Source: an uncultured Pseudomonadota bacterium (GTDB lineage Bacteria > Pseudomonadota > Gammaproteobacteria > Burkholderiales > SG8-39). From it: a stretch of DNA of 64,000 nucleotides. Positions within the stretch are counted from its first letter, which is position 1. Every line of letters starts with the position of its first letter. The DNA lies in contig CALCIE010000065.1 of NCBI GenBank assembly GCA_937907425.1, positions 6,191 to 70,190 on the forward strand, read 5' to 3'. The notes beneath the pieces were generated by a model that was not told where the DNA came from, did no database searches, and saw only the letters and a program-made list of their open reading frames with translations. The translations under genes and the position numbers were made by a program. Positions 29,761 through 39,374 of the stretch are shown here, piece by piece.

Positions 29761-30204
29761 GGGCGACAGCAAGATACGCACCCGTCATCCGTCGCTCGGC
29801 GCGGCGCGCGTTCGCACACGTCAACCTGCGTTCGGACCGGTGCGCGCTTGCCCCGATGCGTTCACGCGCGCATGTAAAACGGATCGGTCTGCACACGGCT
29901 AACCGATAGGCACATGCGCGTCGATGTCACGAGCGATGGCGGTCGCATTCCATCGAACGCCGCCACGCGACGATCTCCGGAACCGCGAAACGGCGTAGCA
30001 CGAACACTTCGAAGCTCGACACAACGCGCCATCGACGTGGGTCGATCTGTGAAGAATCTCCGCTCGAGCGCTGTCGAAATATGAACAGGTGCTTGCCCGA
30101 GATTCTCGGCACCCGAACGAAATTCTCTTTTTCATTAAGTTCTTAGCAGCACATACCGCACCGGACGCCTCATTCCGGCGTCATAGTTGCAGGACATTGT
30201 CATA

Positions 30205-30233
30205 TTGAATCGATGGCCGCTTTCGCTTATAGT
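30205..30233 (+). promoter_or_regulatory. Near-consensus sigma70 promoter (TTGAAT-17 nt-TATAGT)
   Basis: -35 at 30205-30210 and -10 at 30228-30233 with an exact 17-nt spacer, inside a gene-free spacer. Confidence 0.6.
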
Positions 30234-30239
30234 CCGCTT

Positions 30240-30334
30240 GACCTCCGACGCGCGCAATGCGGTCGCGAGGTTACCTCCGAGAGCGCTCACCCGCTCTTCC
30301 TCCCTGTAGCGGCCCACGCGGGCCGCTTTTTTTT
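30240..30334 (+). ncRNA. Candidate ~95-nt sRNA (or terminated leader) with three CCUCC motifs
   Basis: Predicted TSS about 7 nt after the -10. Two hairpins: ACCUC..GAGGU at 30241-30271, and GAGAGCG/CGCUCUU starting at 30280. Intrinsic terminator GCGGCCC-ACGC-GGGCCGC plus U8 at 30309-30334. Confidence 0.5.
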
Positions 30335-30385
30335 GCGCGCATTTCGCCGCGTACAATCCTCTCCACCACAACGAACGAGAATGCG

Positions 30386-31804
30386 ATGAAGCTGCATTTT
30401 CTCGGCGCATCCGGAGAGGTCACGGGTTCGTCGTATCTGGTGGAAACGGCGCAGTGCCGTTTCCTGGTGGACTGCGGCATGTTCCAGGGCGGCCGCGAGG
30501 CAGACCGCAAGAATCTCGCCGCGCTCGGTTTCGACGTGCGCTCGCTCGACTTCGTCCTGCTGACCCACGCGCATCTGGATCATTCGGGACTGCTGCCGCG
30601 CCTCGTCGCCTTCGGCTATCGCGGCCCGATCTACACCACCACCGCGACCGCGACGCTGTTGCCGCCCATGCTCAAGGACAGCGCCTACATCCATGAAAAG
30701 GAAGCGCTGTGGGAAACGGCGCGGCGGCGCGCCAAGCGCGGGCGCGACGGCGTGCTCGCGCGCGAAGTCGCGCCTCTCTACACCGTGGCGCAGGCCGAAG
30801 CGAGCACGCAGCAGGTGCACGGCCTGCCCTACGGCAAGCGCTTTTCGCCGCACGACGGCGTGGAAGTGTGCTTCCGAGACGCCGGTCACATCCTCGGCTC
30901 GGCGATCATCGAAGTTTGGGTGAAGGAAAGCGGCGCGCAGCGCAAGCTGGTCTTTTCCGGCGACCTCGGCCAGCCGGGGCGGCCCGTTGTACGCGATCCG
31001 ACGCCGATCGAAGACGCCGACGTGCTGCTCGTGGAATCCACTTACGGCAACCGCAACCACCGCAGTCTCGAAGCCACGATCGAGGAACTGGTGGAAGCGA
31101 TCGAGCGCACCTTCGACGGCCGCAGCGGCGGCAACGTCATCGTGCCCGCTTTCGCGCTCGGTCGCACCCAGGAACTGTTGATTGTGCTCGCCTCGCTTGC
31201 CGAAAGCGGACGCCTGCCGAACCTGAAGGTCTTCGTCGATTCGCCTCTGGCGACGGCAGCCACCCAGGCCACGCTGCAGCACGCCGATCTGCTGGACGAA
31301 CAGGCGCAACGGCTGTTCGGCGCGGCGCTGCGCGGCGAGCTGCCCATCCAGATCCGTTTCACCGAATCAGTGGACGACTCCAAGGCGCTCAACACCATCC
31401 GCTCCGGCGCGATCATCATCGCCGCGAGCGGCATGTGCGAAGCCGGGCGCATCAAACACCATCTGCAGCACAACCTCGGGCGCTCGGAATGTTCGGTGCT
31501 CATCACCGGTTTCCAGGCGCACGGCACCCTGGGCCGCAGGATCGTAGACGGCGCGCGCTATGTGCGTATCTTCCAGGAGGACGTGCCGGTGCGGGCGAGG
31601 ATCTACACCCTGGGCGGTCTGTCGGCGCACGCGGATCAGTCGGCGCTGCTGGCGTGGCTGGGTCACTTCAAGCGAGCGCCGGAACAATGCTTCGTGGTGC
31701 ACGGCGAAGAGGAGATCGCCGTCGAGTTCGCCGGCGTGGTGCGTGAACGGCTCGGCTGGCCTCGCGTGATCGTGCCCACGCAGGGCACGATCGCCGCGCT
31801 ATGA
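30386..31804 (+). CDS. MBL-fold beta-CASP hydrolase (RNase J/CPSF-like)
   Basis: MKLHFLGASGEVTGSSYLVE, the HAHLDH motif and a beta-CASP/RNA-specificity C-terminus. Confidence 0.85.
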   Translation: MKLHFLGASGEVTGSSYLVETAQCRFLVDCGMFQGGREADRKNLAALGFDVRSLDFVLLTHAHLDHSGLLPRLVAFGYRGPIYTTTATATLLPPMLKDSAYIHEKEALWETARRRAKRGRDGVLAREVAPLYTVAQAEASTQQVHGLPYGKRFSPHDGVEVCFRDAGHILGSAIIEVWVKESGAQRKLVFSGDLGQPGRPVVRDPTPIEDADVLLVESTYGNRNHRSLEATIEELVEAIERTFDGRSGGNVIVPAFALGRTQELLIVLASLAESGRLPNLKVFVDSPLATAATQATLQHADLLDEQAQRLFGAALRGELPIQIRFTESVDDSKALNTIRSGAIIIAASGMCEAGRIKHHLQHNLGRSECSVLITGFQAHGTLGRRIVDGARYVRIFQEDVPVRARIYTLGGLSAHADQSALLAWLGHFKRAPEQCFVVHGEEEIAVEFAGVVRERLGWPRVIVPTQGTIAAL

Positions 31805-31808
31805 GGTT

Positions 31809-32258
31809 TCAGGGCTGAGATTGCGGCTCGCGCGGCAGATCCGCTTCGGGGCCGCGGGTCCAGCGGAAAATCACTTCGCGAGTGCCAGTGGCCGGTACGT
31901 TGACCGTGCGCTTCTGGCTCTGCTGCCCGTCGCTGGCGGTGACGGTGTAACGTCCGGGCGCGAGCTTGGCAAAGAGCCACGGGCCGTCCATCGCCGCCTC
32001 CAGCACCTGCTTGCCCTGCCCGTCGGCGATGCTCACCCGCACATCGGCAAGATAGGCTCCGCCGCTCACCGCCGCCACCACCTTGAGGTTGTAGCCTTCC
32101 TGTTTGGCTTCCTGCAGCAGCGCTTCACGCTCGTCCAGGCCGACGCCGCCGCTCACATAGGGCACGGGATGGTCGACCTGCGTCTGTCCGAAGGCCGCGA
32201 GCGGTAACGCGGCCAATGCCAGCATCAGCACGAAACGCCTCGAAGACTGGGGACACAT
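31809..32258 (-). CDS. Secreted carboxypeptidase-regulatory-like domain protein
   Basis: Signal peptide MCPQSSRRFVLMLALAALPLAAFG. ATG 32258 lies 6 nt after GGAGGA. It is the C-terminal part of shadow ORF 31809-33596. Confidence 0.6.
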   Translation of the reverse strand: MCPQSSRRFVLMLALAALPLAAFGQTQVDHPVPYVSGGVGLDEREALLQEAKQEGYNLKVVAAVSGGAYLADVRVSIADGQGKQVLEAAMDGPWLFAKLAPGRYTVTASDGQQSQKRTVNVPATGTREVIFRWTRGPEADLPREPQSQP

Positions 32259-32317
32259 ACGAAGTTCCTCCATCGTCTGAACAAACCCGTCGGCGCGCGG
32301 TCGGGGCGCTGCGTCCG

Positions 32318-34732
32318 TTACGCCCCCGCCTGCTCGCCGAAAGCGGCCCGCACGGCGTCGTCGACGTTCTCCAGCCAGATGAACTCCAGGCGCGCCTTGG
32401 CGCTTTCCGGGATGTCGACGTAATCTTTGCGGTTGCGCGCCGGCAGCATCACTTTCTTGATGCCCGCACGCATCGCCGCCAGCACCTTTTCCTTGATGCC
32501 GCCCACCGGCAGCACCAGCCCGCGCAGGCTGATCTCGCCGGTCATCGCGATATCGGAAGGCACGGCGCGCTCGCTGAAGAGCGACATCAGCGCCATGAAC
32601 ATCGCCACGCCGGCGCTGGGACCGTCCTTGGGAATCGCGCCCGCGGGCACGTGCACGTGCACATCGGTCTTGTCGAAACCCGCGGGATCGATCCCGAGGC
32701 TCGCCGCGCGCGACTTCACCAGCGTGAGCGCGGCCTGCGCGCTCTCCTTCATGACGTCGCCGAGCTGGCCGGTGAGGATCAGCTTGCCGCTGCCCGGCAT
32801 GCGTGTGGCCTCGATGAACAGGATGTCGCCGCCGACCGGCGTCCATGCCAATCCCGTCACCACGCCGGGCACGCCGCTGCGCAGCGCCACTTCGCTTTCG
32901 AAGCGCGCCGGCCCGAGAATCTCCGCGAGATCGCTCGCTTCCACGCGGATGGGCGGCGTCGCCCCTTCGGCGATGCGCACCGCGACGTTGCGCAGCACAG
33001 CGCCGATCTCGCGCTCGAGATTGCGTACACCCGCCTCGCGCGTGTAGTCGTTGATGATGGCGGCGAGCACTGCATCGCCGAGCTGCACCTGGTCGGCGTG
33101 CAGGCCGTTCGCCTCCAGTTGCCGCTTCACCAGATAGCGGCGCGCGATCTCCAGCTTCTCCTCGGCGGTGTAGCCGGGAAGCTGAATGATCTCCATGCGG
33201 TCGCGCAACGGCCCCGGGATGTTGTCGAGCACGTTGGCGGTGGTGATGAACACCACCCGCGACAGATCGAAGGGCACGCCCAGGTAGTTGTCGCGGAAGC
33301 TGTTGTTCTGCTCGGGATCGAGCACTTCCAGCAGCGCCGCGTTGGGATCGCCGTGGAAACCCTGGCCGACCTTGTCGATCTCGTCGAGCATCATCACGCA
33401 GTCGCGTTCGCCCGCCTTCTTGATCGCCTGGATGATGTTGCCCGGCAGCGCGCCGATGTAGGTGCGCCGGTGCCCGCGGATCTCCGCCTCGTCGTGCACA
33501 CCGCCCAGCGCCACGCGTACGAACTTGCGATGCAGGGCGCGCGCGATGCTCTGGCCGAGCGAGGTCTTGCCCACGCCGGGCGGGCCGACGAAGCACAGGA
33601 TGGGCGCATGGCCCTGCGGGTTGAGCTTGCGCACCGCGAGGAACTCGATGATGCGGCGTTTGACCTTCTCCAGGCCGTAGTGGTCCTCGTCGAGGATGCG
33701 GCGCGCCTCGGCGATGTCGATTTCCTTCGGCTCCGGTTCGCGCCAGGGCAGCTCGATCAGCCAGTCGAGATAGGTGCGCGCCATCGAGTACTCGGACGAG
33801 GACTCGGACATGCGTTCGAGCCGTTTCAGCTCCTTCTTCGCCTGCTGCTCGACCTCTTCCGGCATGCCGGCCTTGGCGATCGCCTCGGCCAGGTCCTCGA
33901 GCTCCGCGCCGGCGTCGTTGTCCTCGCCGAGCTGGCGCTGGATCTGCCGCATCTGTTCACGCAGCAGGAACTCGCGCTGACGCTCGTCCATGCTCGCCTT
34001 GGTGCGCTCCTCGATTTCACGCGACAGGCGCAACACCTCGATGCGGCGGCTGAGCAGCTCCAGCACGCGATCCACGCGCGCCGGCACGTCGACGATTTCG
34101 AGGACGGCCTGCTTCTCCGCCACCTCGATGTCGAGGAAACCGGCGACGAGATCGGCCAGTCCGCCCGCGGAACCGAACTGCTGCACGGCCTGCACCAGTT
34201 CCTGCGGCGTTTGCGGCAGCAACTGCAGCGCAGCGATGGAGCGCTCGCGCAATTGCAGCAGGCGCGCCTCGATTTCAGGCGACTTGTCCTCTTCCGCCGT
34301 CAGGCGTTCGACACGCGCGGCGAGATAGGGATGGCCGGGCAGGAACTCGACAATGCGGAAGCGCGCCTCGCCCTGGCAGACCATGTGGTGGGTGCCGTCT
34401 GCGGTCGTGACGTAGCGCAGGATCTGCGCGATGGTGCCGACTTGGTACAGATCCTCGGGCGTGGGCAGATCGACCTTGGGGTCCTTCTGCAACAGCAGGC
34501 CGATGGGCCGCTCCGCCTTCACCGCCGCCTGCGCGGCGGCGATCGACATTTCGCGGCCGATGGTCACCGGCAGGATCATGCCAGGAAACAGCACCATGCC
34601 GCGCACCGGCACGATGACGATGGCGTCCTCCGGCAGGGTCCATGCGCCCGCCTCGGGCGCGGCCGGCTCTTGCGCGGTCTGCTCCGCGCGCGTTTCGTTC
34701 TCCTGCGGACGCTGCTGATCCAAGTTGTTCAT
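32318..34732 (-). CDS. lon: ATP-dependent Lon protease
   Basis: 804 aa. Walker A GPPGVGKTS and protease-domain motif PKDGPSAG with the catalytic Ser. Confidence 0.95.
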   Translation of the reverse strand: MNNLDQQRPQENETRAEQTAQEPAAPEAGAWTLPEDAIVIVPVRGMVLFPGMILPVTIGREMSIAAAQAAVKAERPIGLLLQKDPKVDLPTPEDLYQVGTIAQILRYVTTADGTHHMVCQGEARFRIVEFLPGHPYLAARVERLTAEEDKSPEIEARLLQLRERSIAALQLLPQTPQELVQAVQQFGSAGGLADLVAGFLDIEVAEKQAVLEIVDVPARVDRVLELLSRRIEVLRLSREIEERTKASMDERQREFLLREQMRQIQRQLGEDNDAGAELEDLAEAIAKAGMPEEVEQQAKKELKRLERMSESSSEYSMARTYLDWLIELPWREPEPKEIDIAEARRILDEDHYGLEKVKRRIIEFLAVRKLNPQGHAPILCFVGPPGVGKTSLGQSIARALHRKFVRVALGGVHDEAEIRGHRRTYIGALPGNIIQAIKKAGERDCVMMLDEIDKVGQGFHGDPNAALLEVLDPEQNNSFRDNYLGVPFDLSRVVFITTANVLDNIPGPLRDRMEIIQLPGYTAEEKLEIARRYLVKRQLEANGLHADQVQLGDAVLAAIINDYTREAGVRNLEREIGAVLRNVAVRIAEGATPPIRVEASDLAEILGPARFESEVALRSGVPGVVTGLAWTPVGGDILFIEATRMPGSGKLILTGQLGDVMKESAQAALTLVKSRAASLGIDPAGFDKTDVHVHVPAGAIPKDGPSAGVAMFMALMSLFSERAVPSDIAMTGEISLRGLVLPVGGIKEKVLAAMRAGIKKVMLPARNRKDYVDIPESAKARLEFIWLENVDDAVRAAFGEQAGA

Positions 34733-34749
34733 GCCTGTCCCCCGTCCGG

Positions 34750-35148
34750 TCAGCCGATCCGCTGCAGCCCGATGACCAGACAGCCGCTGTCCAGCTCATA
34801 CTGCAGCAGCTCGTAATGTCCAGCCGGCAGGGCTACCCGCCGCTCGAACGGACCGTAAGGAATCTCCAAGCGGCGGATGGCCGCCTGCCGCGCCTGCGGC
34901 GGCAACGGCCGTTCGCCGCGCACCACCAGCACGTTCCCTTCGAGTTGCACCTGTACGCGATCGCGATCCACGCCGGGCAAGGCGTAGTAGAGCCAGATGG
35001 CGCCCTGCGACTCGAACACGTCGACGGGCGGCTCCCAGCGCGGCACCTCGCTCTGCCGGCCGAGACGGAAGAACTGCCGGTGCAGCCGTTCGGCCTGGTC
35101 CAACAGATCCAGTGCCTCGGCCCAGATGCCACGTTGTCGCGATTGCAT
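34750..35148 (-). CDS. Hsp20/alpha-crystallin small heat-shock protein
   Basis: Alpha-crystallin core (PPVDVFESQGAIWLYYALPGVDRDRVQVQLEGNVLVVRGER). ATG 35148 follows GGAGGAG. It lies 18 nt upstream of lon. Confidence 0.8.
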   Translation of the reverse strand: MQSRQRGIWAEALDLLDQAERLHRQFFRLGRQSEVPRWEPPVDVFESQGAIWLYYALPGVDRDRVQVQLEGNVLVVRGERPLPPQARQAAIRRLEIPYGPFERRVALPAGHYELLQYELDSGCLVIGLQRIG

Positions 35149-35187
35149 GGAGAACTCCTCCGGCAGCACGCGCCGGTTTGCAGGCAA

Positions 35188-35215
35188 AGATGTGGTCGTA
35201 CGGGATTTAATCAAG
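35188..35215 (-). promoter_or_regulatory. Sigma32-type heat-shock promoter for hsp20-lon
   Basis: The minus strand reads CTTGATT-13 nt-CCACATCT, against the consensus CTTGAAA-N13-15-CCCCATNT. Confidence 0.65.
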
Positions 35216-35239
35216 TCGCACGCCGGAAAAACGCTCTCT

Positions 35240-35545
35240 TCAGAGTTTCTCGACCGGCAGGGCGCGCACGTGCAATTTGGCGCCGAAGCGCGGCTCCAGA
35301 TGGCGCCGGAAGTCGTGCCACCAGCAGCGGTCGAGCCGCTCGCAGAAGATTTCGAACACCACCAGCTCTTCACCGCGGGGCTCGGCCTCGCTGGATCCCA
35401 GGCGCTCCGCCGGCATGCGCACATGGGCCGTGACGCTTTGAAAGTGCTGCTTCAGGTGATGCCGGATGTCGTCGAACGCCGCCGTGGGGACCGTCTCCCC
35501 ATTCCGGTCGTGGACGGGGACGAGGATCTGCACCAGATGTTCCAT
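35240..35545 (-). CDS. Hypothetical 101-aa protein
   Basis: ATG 35545 lies 6 nt after GGAGG, and third-position GC is high. No family recognised. Confidence 0.5.
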   Translation of the reverse strand: MEHLVQILVPVHDRNGETVPTAAFDDIRHHLKQHFQSVTAHVRMPAERLGSSEAEPRGEELVVFEIFCERLDRCWWHDFRRHLEPRFGAKLHVRALPVEKL

Positions 35546-35905
35546 CGTTCGCCTCCGTGTGAAGGGCCAATGCAAGGAGCGTACTCCCTACAGCATACGT
35601 CCGGATGCGGCCCTTCGCTTGAGGCGCGTCAAAAGAAGGCCCGGCCGGGCTATCGCGATACCGGTTCGCGCCGCCCTTCTCCCGTTCGCCTGCCCGGCGT
35701 CATGCACGTCGCGTAGCGGATGAGGGAAGCGCGAGCCTTCCGCGGCGAAGCGGTTTGTATTCGCGCCGCGCGTTTCATTGCCGGATCGGTTTCTCTCGAA
35801 CAATGCCCGATAAAGCTGCGCCGAGTGTGAAACGGCAGCGCGCCGACTGGTGCCGCGAGATCAAGGCCTGTCGCGGCCCCATGGAAAACGACGGCGTGGC
35901 CCGGA

Positions 35906-36760
35906 TCAGACGGCGGCGGCAGCGAGCGCTTCGGCATGCGCGAGCGCTTCGGCAGTCGGCAGACCGGCGCGTTCGCGAGCGCAATTGAGGAACTCGTTGA
36001 GGATGGGCGTACCGTCGAGCTGGTTCGGATCGCGCGGGTCGTGCAGTTCGGGATGCCACTGCACGCCGAACACGTAACTGTCGCCCGTCCAGCGCAACGC
36101 CTCCACGATGCCGTCGGGTTTGGCGCGCGCCTCGACCACGAGGTTCTCGCCCAATGCCTTCACCGCCTGATGATGGATGGTGTTGACGCGCGCCGTCGCG
36201 CGGTCCGGATAGAGCGCCGCCAGCCGGCTCCCCGGCACGAACTCGATTTCGTGAAAGTTCTGGTCGTAGATCTCGGCGTCGTGATGGCCGATGGTGTTGG
36301 GGAGCTGCGTGGCGATGTCCTGGTAGAGCGTGCCGCCGAACGCCACGTTGATGAGCTGCAGGCCGCGGCAGATCCCCAGCACCGGCTTCTTCTGGTCGAT
36401 GAAGGCGCGCAGCAGCTCCAGCTCGTAGAGATCGCGCACCCGGTCGCCCTGCCACGCCTCGCACAGCGGCACTTCGCCGTAGGTCACCGGACTCACGTCC
36501 GCGCCGCCCTGCAGGATGAGGCCGTCGAGCTCGTTGACGTAATCGGTCACGCTGAGATTGCCGCGCCGGATCAGTCCGCCGGACTCGATGGAGGGAATCA
36601 TGAAGATCAGCGCGTCGCGCGACATCACCCAGTGCGCGATCGACTCCACGAGGTACTGGATGCCGCGCCGCCCCACGCCCAGTTCGGGCGGAACGTTGTG
36701 CAGAAAGCGGGGCGAAAGGCCGATCCGCAGGAGCCGGGTTGCGCGCATGACAGTTGGCAT
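35906..36760 (-). CDS. Class I glutamine amidotransferase, gamma-glutamyl-GABA hydrolase (PuuD/C26) family
   Basis: GICRGLQLINVAFGGTLYQDI carries the nucleophile Cys, and there is a C-terminal HH..E region. The start (36760 or 36748) is uncertain. Confidence 0.75.
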   Translation of the reverse strand: MPTVMRATRLLRIGLSPRFLHNVPPELGVGRRGIQYLVESIAHWVMSRDALIFMIPSIESGGLIRRGNLSVTDYVNELDGLILQGGADVSPVTYGEVPLCEAWQGDRVRDLYELELLRAFIDQKKPVLGICRGLQLINVAFGGTLYQDIATQLPNTIGHHDAEIYDQNFHEIEFVPGSRLAALYPDRATARVNTIHHQAVKALGENLVVEARAKPDGIVEALRWTGDSYVFGVQWHPELHDPRDPNQLDGTPILNEFLNCARERAGLPTAEALAHAEALAAAAV

Positions 36761-36815
36761 TCTTTCACCGTTGCCGCTTTTTTTCGAGTCCTCCCGGCAA
36801 ACGGTGTTGCGCGGA

Positions 36816-36832
36816 CGTGACAAAGTGTCACG
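36816..36832. promoter_or_regulatory. Perfect 17-bp palindrome CGTGACA-AAG-TGTCACG in a divergent promoter region
   Basis: Seven-bp arms with a 3-bp spacer, located between the amidotransferase gene and the mrfA-like gene. Confidence 0.4.
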
Positions 36833-36923
36833 CGCAGCGGCGATGCCGCCGGCCGCAGGCTCACTTGACGAGCCTGTACCGCTGCGATGCTCGTCTTGTC
36901 TGAACGTCGGATGGGATCGCTGC

Positions 36924-39374
36924 ATGGCTTCGTACTTTGAGACCGGCCTCGACCTCTTTGGTTCTGCCGCGGGAGGCGGCGCAGGCGAACCGCTGCCTCG
37001 AGAGCGGCCGCCTCGCACGGTTGAGGCGCTGATCGAGGCGCTGGAACGCCGCCACAAAGGGCGCATCGCGGGCCGGCTGAAACTGCCGGCGCGCGCCGCC
37101 AGCTACGCGGACTTTCCCGAGGAACTGGACGCCCGGCTGCGCGCCGCCCTCGCCGCGCGCGGCATCACCCGGCTCTACAGCCACCAGCGCGAAGCGTGGG
37201 AACACGTGCAGGCGGGGCGCGACGTCGTGGTCGTCACGCCCACCGCTTCCGGCAAGACGCTGTGCTACAACCTGCCGGTCCTGCAGGCCGTTTTATCGGG
37301 CAAAGCCAAGGCCTTGTACCTCTTCCCCACCAAGGCGCTGGCCCAGGATCAGGTCGCCGAACTGCTCGAGCTCAACCGCGCCGGCCGGCTCGGCGTGCGC
37401 GCCTATACTTTCGACGGCGACACGCCCGCCGACGCCCGCAAGGCGGTGCGGGTGCACGGGGATGTCGTGGTCTCCAATCCGGACATGCTGCACCAGGCCG
37501 TCCTGCCGCATCACGCCAAGTGGGCGCAGTTCTTCGAAAATCTTCGTTATGTGGTCATAGATGAATTGCATACCTACCGCGGCGTGTTCGGCGCGCACGT
37601 CGCCAACCTGATCCGGCGCCTGCTGCGCATCTGCCGCTTCTACGGCACCGAGCCGACCTTCATCCTCTGCTCCGCCACCATCGCCAATCCCCGCGAGCTC
37701 GCCGGCACGCTCGTCGGCCGTCCGGTCGAACTCGTCGACCGGTCCGGCGCGCCGCAAGGCGAAAAGCATCTGCTGCTGTGGAACCCGCCGGTGCTCAATC
37801 CGGACCTCGGCATCCGCGCTTCGGCACGCTCGCAGTCCACGCGCATCGCGCGGCTGGCGCTGCGCATGGGCTTGAAGACCATCGTCTTCGCCAATTCGCG
37901 ACTGGAAGTCGAGGTGCTGACCAAATACCTCAAGGATGTCTTCGACCGCGATCCGCGCAAGCCCGCGCGCATCACCGCCTACCGCGGCGGCTATCTGCCC
38001 AGCGAACGTCGGGACAAGGAGACAAAGCTGCGCGCCGGACAACTCGACGCCGTGGTCTCGACCTCGGCGCTGGAGCTCGGCGTGGACATCGGCAGCCTGG
38101 ACGTCTGCGTGCTGAACGGGTACCCGGGCAGCATCGCCGCATCATTGCAGCGCTTCGGCCGCGCCGGACGCAGGCAACGCGCCGCGCTCGGCGTGCTGGT
38201 GTGCAACAGCGACCCGCTCGACCAGTACCTCGCGCGCCATCCGGAGTTCTTCTTCGAAGCCTCGCCCGAGCACGCGCGCGTCGATCCCGACCAGTTGCTG
38301 ATCCTCATGGATCACGTGCGCTGCGCCGCCTTCGAACTGCCGTTCCGGCGCGGCGAACGCTTCGGCAAGGAGAATCTGGAAATCCTGCTCGCCTATCTGG
38401 AGGAACAGGGCCTGCTGCACCGCGAGGGCGACACCTGGCACTGGATCGCCGACGGCTATCCGGCCAACAGCGTGAGCCTGCGCTCGATCGCCGAAGGCAA
38501 TTTCACCGTGATCGACATCACCGACGGCAGGAAGAACGTCATCGCCGAAGTCGATTATTCGAGCGCCGCCATGACCCTCTACGAAGGCGCGATCTACATG
38601 GTGCAGGCTTCGCCCTGGCAGGTGGAGAAGCTCGACTGGGTCGGCCGCAAAGCCTATGTGCGCAAGACCAACGCCGACTACTACACCGACGCCATCGACT
38701 ACACCAAGCTGAAGCCGCTGGACGAATTCGAAGCGAACGAACGCGACGGCGCCAAGTGCGCGCACGGCGAAGTGCACGTGCTGCGCCGCGTGGCCGGCTA
38801 CAAGAAGATCCGCTACTACACCCACGAGAACGTCGGCTACGGCAACGTGCATCTGCCCGACTACGAAATGCACACCACCGCGGTATGGTGGCAGTTGCGG
38901 GAGCACGTGCTGGAACGCGCCTTCGCCTCGCGCTTCGAGGCGCTCGACGGCTTCCTGGGCGCGGCCTATGCCATGCACCACATCGCCGCGCTGCTGTCGC
39001 TCGCCGAGCCGCGCGACCTGGGCCGCGCGGTGGGCGACGGCGCCGCGCAATGGTCCGCCGCCGTGGACGCGAACGGCCGCGCGAGCGTGCGCACCCTGGC
39101 CGGCGAGACGGTGGATCTCGAGCGTCAACGCGCCTTCCGTCCGACGGTCTATCTTTACGACAACTACCCCGGCGGCATCGGCCTGTCCGCCCCGCTCTAC
39201 GATCTGCGCGACGAAGTCGTCACGCGCGCCATCGAACTGATCGAACAATGCCGCTGCGCGCAGGGCTGCCCCGCCTGTGTGGGCCCGATCCTGGGCGACC
39301 CCGGACAGCGCCACCACACGCCCAAGGCCGCCGCGCTGCTGGTGCTGTGGCTCTTCAGGGGAGGCGTGAAATGA
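36924..39374 (+). CDS. DEAD/DEAH-box helicase with C-terminal DUF1998 zinc-binding domain (MrfA/YprA-like)
   Basis: Walker A TPTASGKT, DExH box VIDELH, and the C-terminal Cys cluster CRCAQGCPAC. Confidence 0.85.
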   Translation: MASYFETGLDLFGSAAGGGAGEPLPRERPPRTVEALIEALERRHKGRIAGRLKLPARAASYADFPEELDARLRAALAARGITRLYSHQREAWEHVQAGRDVVVVTPTASGKTLCYNLPVLQAVLSGKAKALYLFPTKALAQDQVAELLELNRAGRLGVRAYTFDGDTPADARKAVRVHGDVVVSNPDMLHQAVLPHHAKWAQFFENLRYVVIDELHTYRGVFGAHVANLIRRLLRICRFYGTEPTFILCSATIANPRELAGTLVGRPVELVDRSGAPQGEKHLLLWNPPVLNPDLGIRASARSQSTRIARLALRMGLKTIVFANSRLEVEVLTKYLKDVFDRDPRKPARITAYRGGYLPSERRDKETKLRAGQLDAVVSTSALELGVDIGSLDVCVLNGYPGSIAASLQRFGRAGRRQRAALGVLVCNSDPLDQYLARHPEFFFEASPEHARVDPDQLLILMDHVRCAAFELPFRRGERFGKENLEILLAYLEEQGLLHREGDTWHWIADGYPANSVSLRSIAEGNFTVIDITDGRKNVIAEVDYSSAAMTLYEGAIYMVQASPWQVEKLDWVGRKAYVRKTNADYYTDAIDYTKLKPLDEFEANERDGAKCAHGEVHVLRRVAGYKKIRYYTHENVGYGNVHLPDYEMHTTAVWWQLREHVLERAFASRFEALDGFLGAAYAMHHIAALLSLAEPRDLGRAVGDGAAQWSAAVDANGRASVRTLAGETVDLERQRAFRPTVYLYDNYPGGIGLSAPLYDLRDEVVTRAIELIEQCRCAQGCPACVGPILGDPGQRHHTPKAAALLVLWLFRGGVK

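Noticed and set aside
29899-30135. 78-aa Cys-rich ORF (minus strand) in the low-GC spacer
   Set aside because: It has no SD, its third-position GC is far below that of the neighbouring genes, and no family is recognised. I treat it as non-coding unless expression data say otherwise.
32216-34816. 866-aa plus-strand ORF opposite lon
   Set aside because: It is a shadow ORF antisense to an unambiguous Lon protease, with the same Arg/Ala/His-rich junk composition.
35576-35905. 330-bp gap with small ORFs (95 aa on the minus strand, 77 aa on the plus strand) downstream of the amidotransferase gene
   Set aside because: The ORFs have no SD, no family signal and an unconvincing composition. The only hairpin (GCCCGGCCGGGC near 35640) is too weak to call a terminator.
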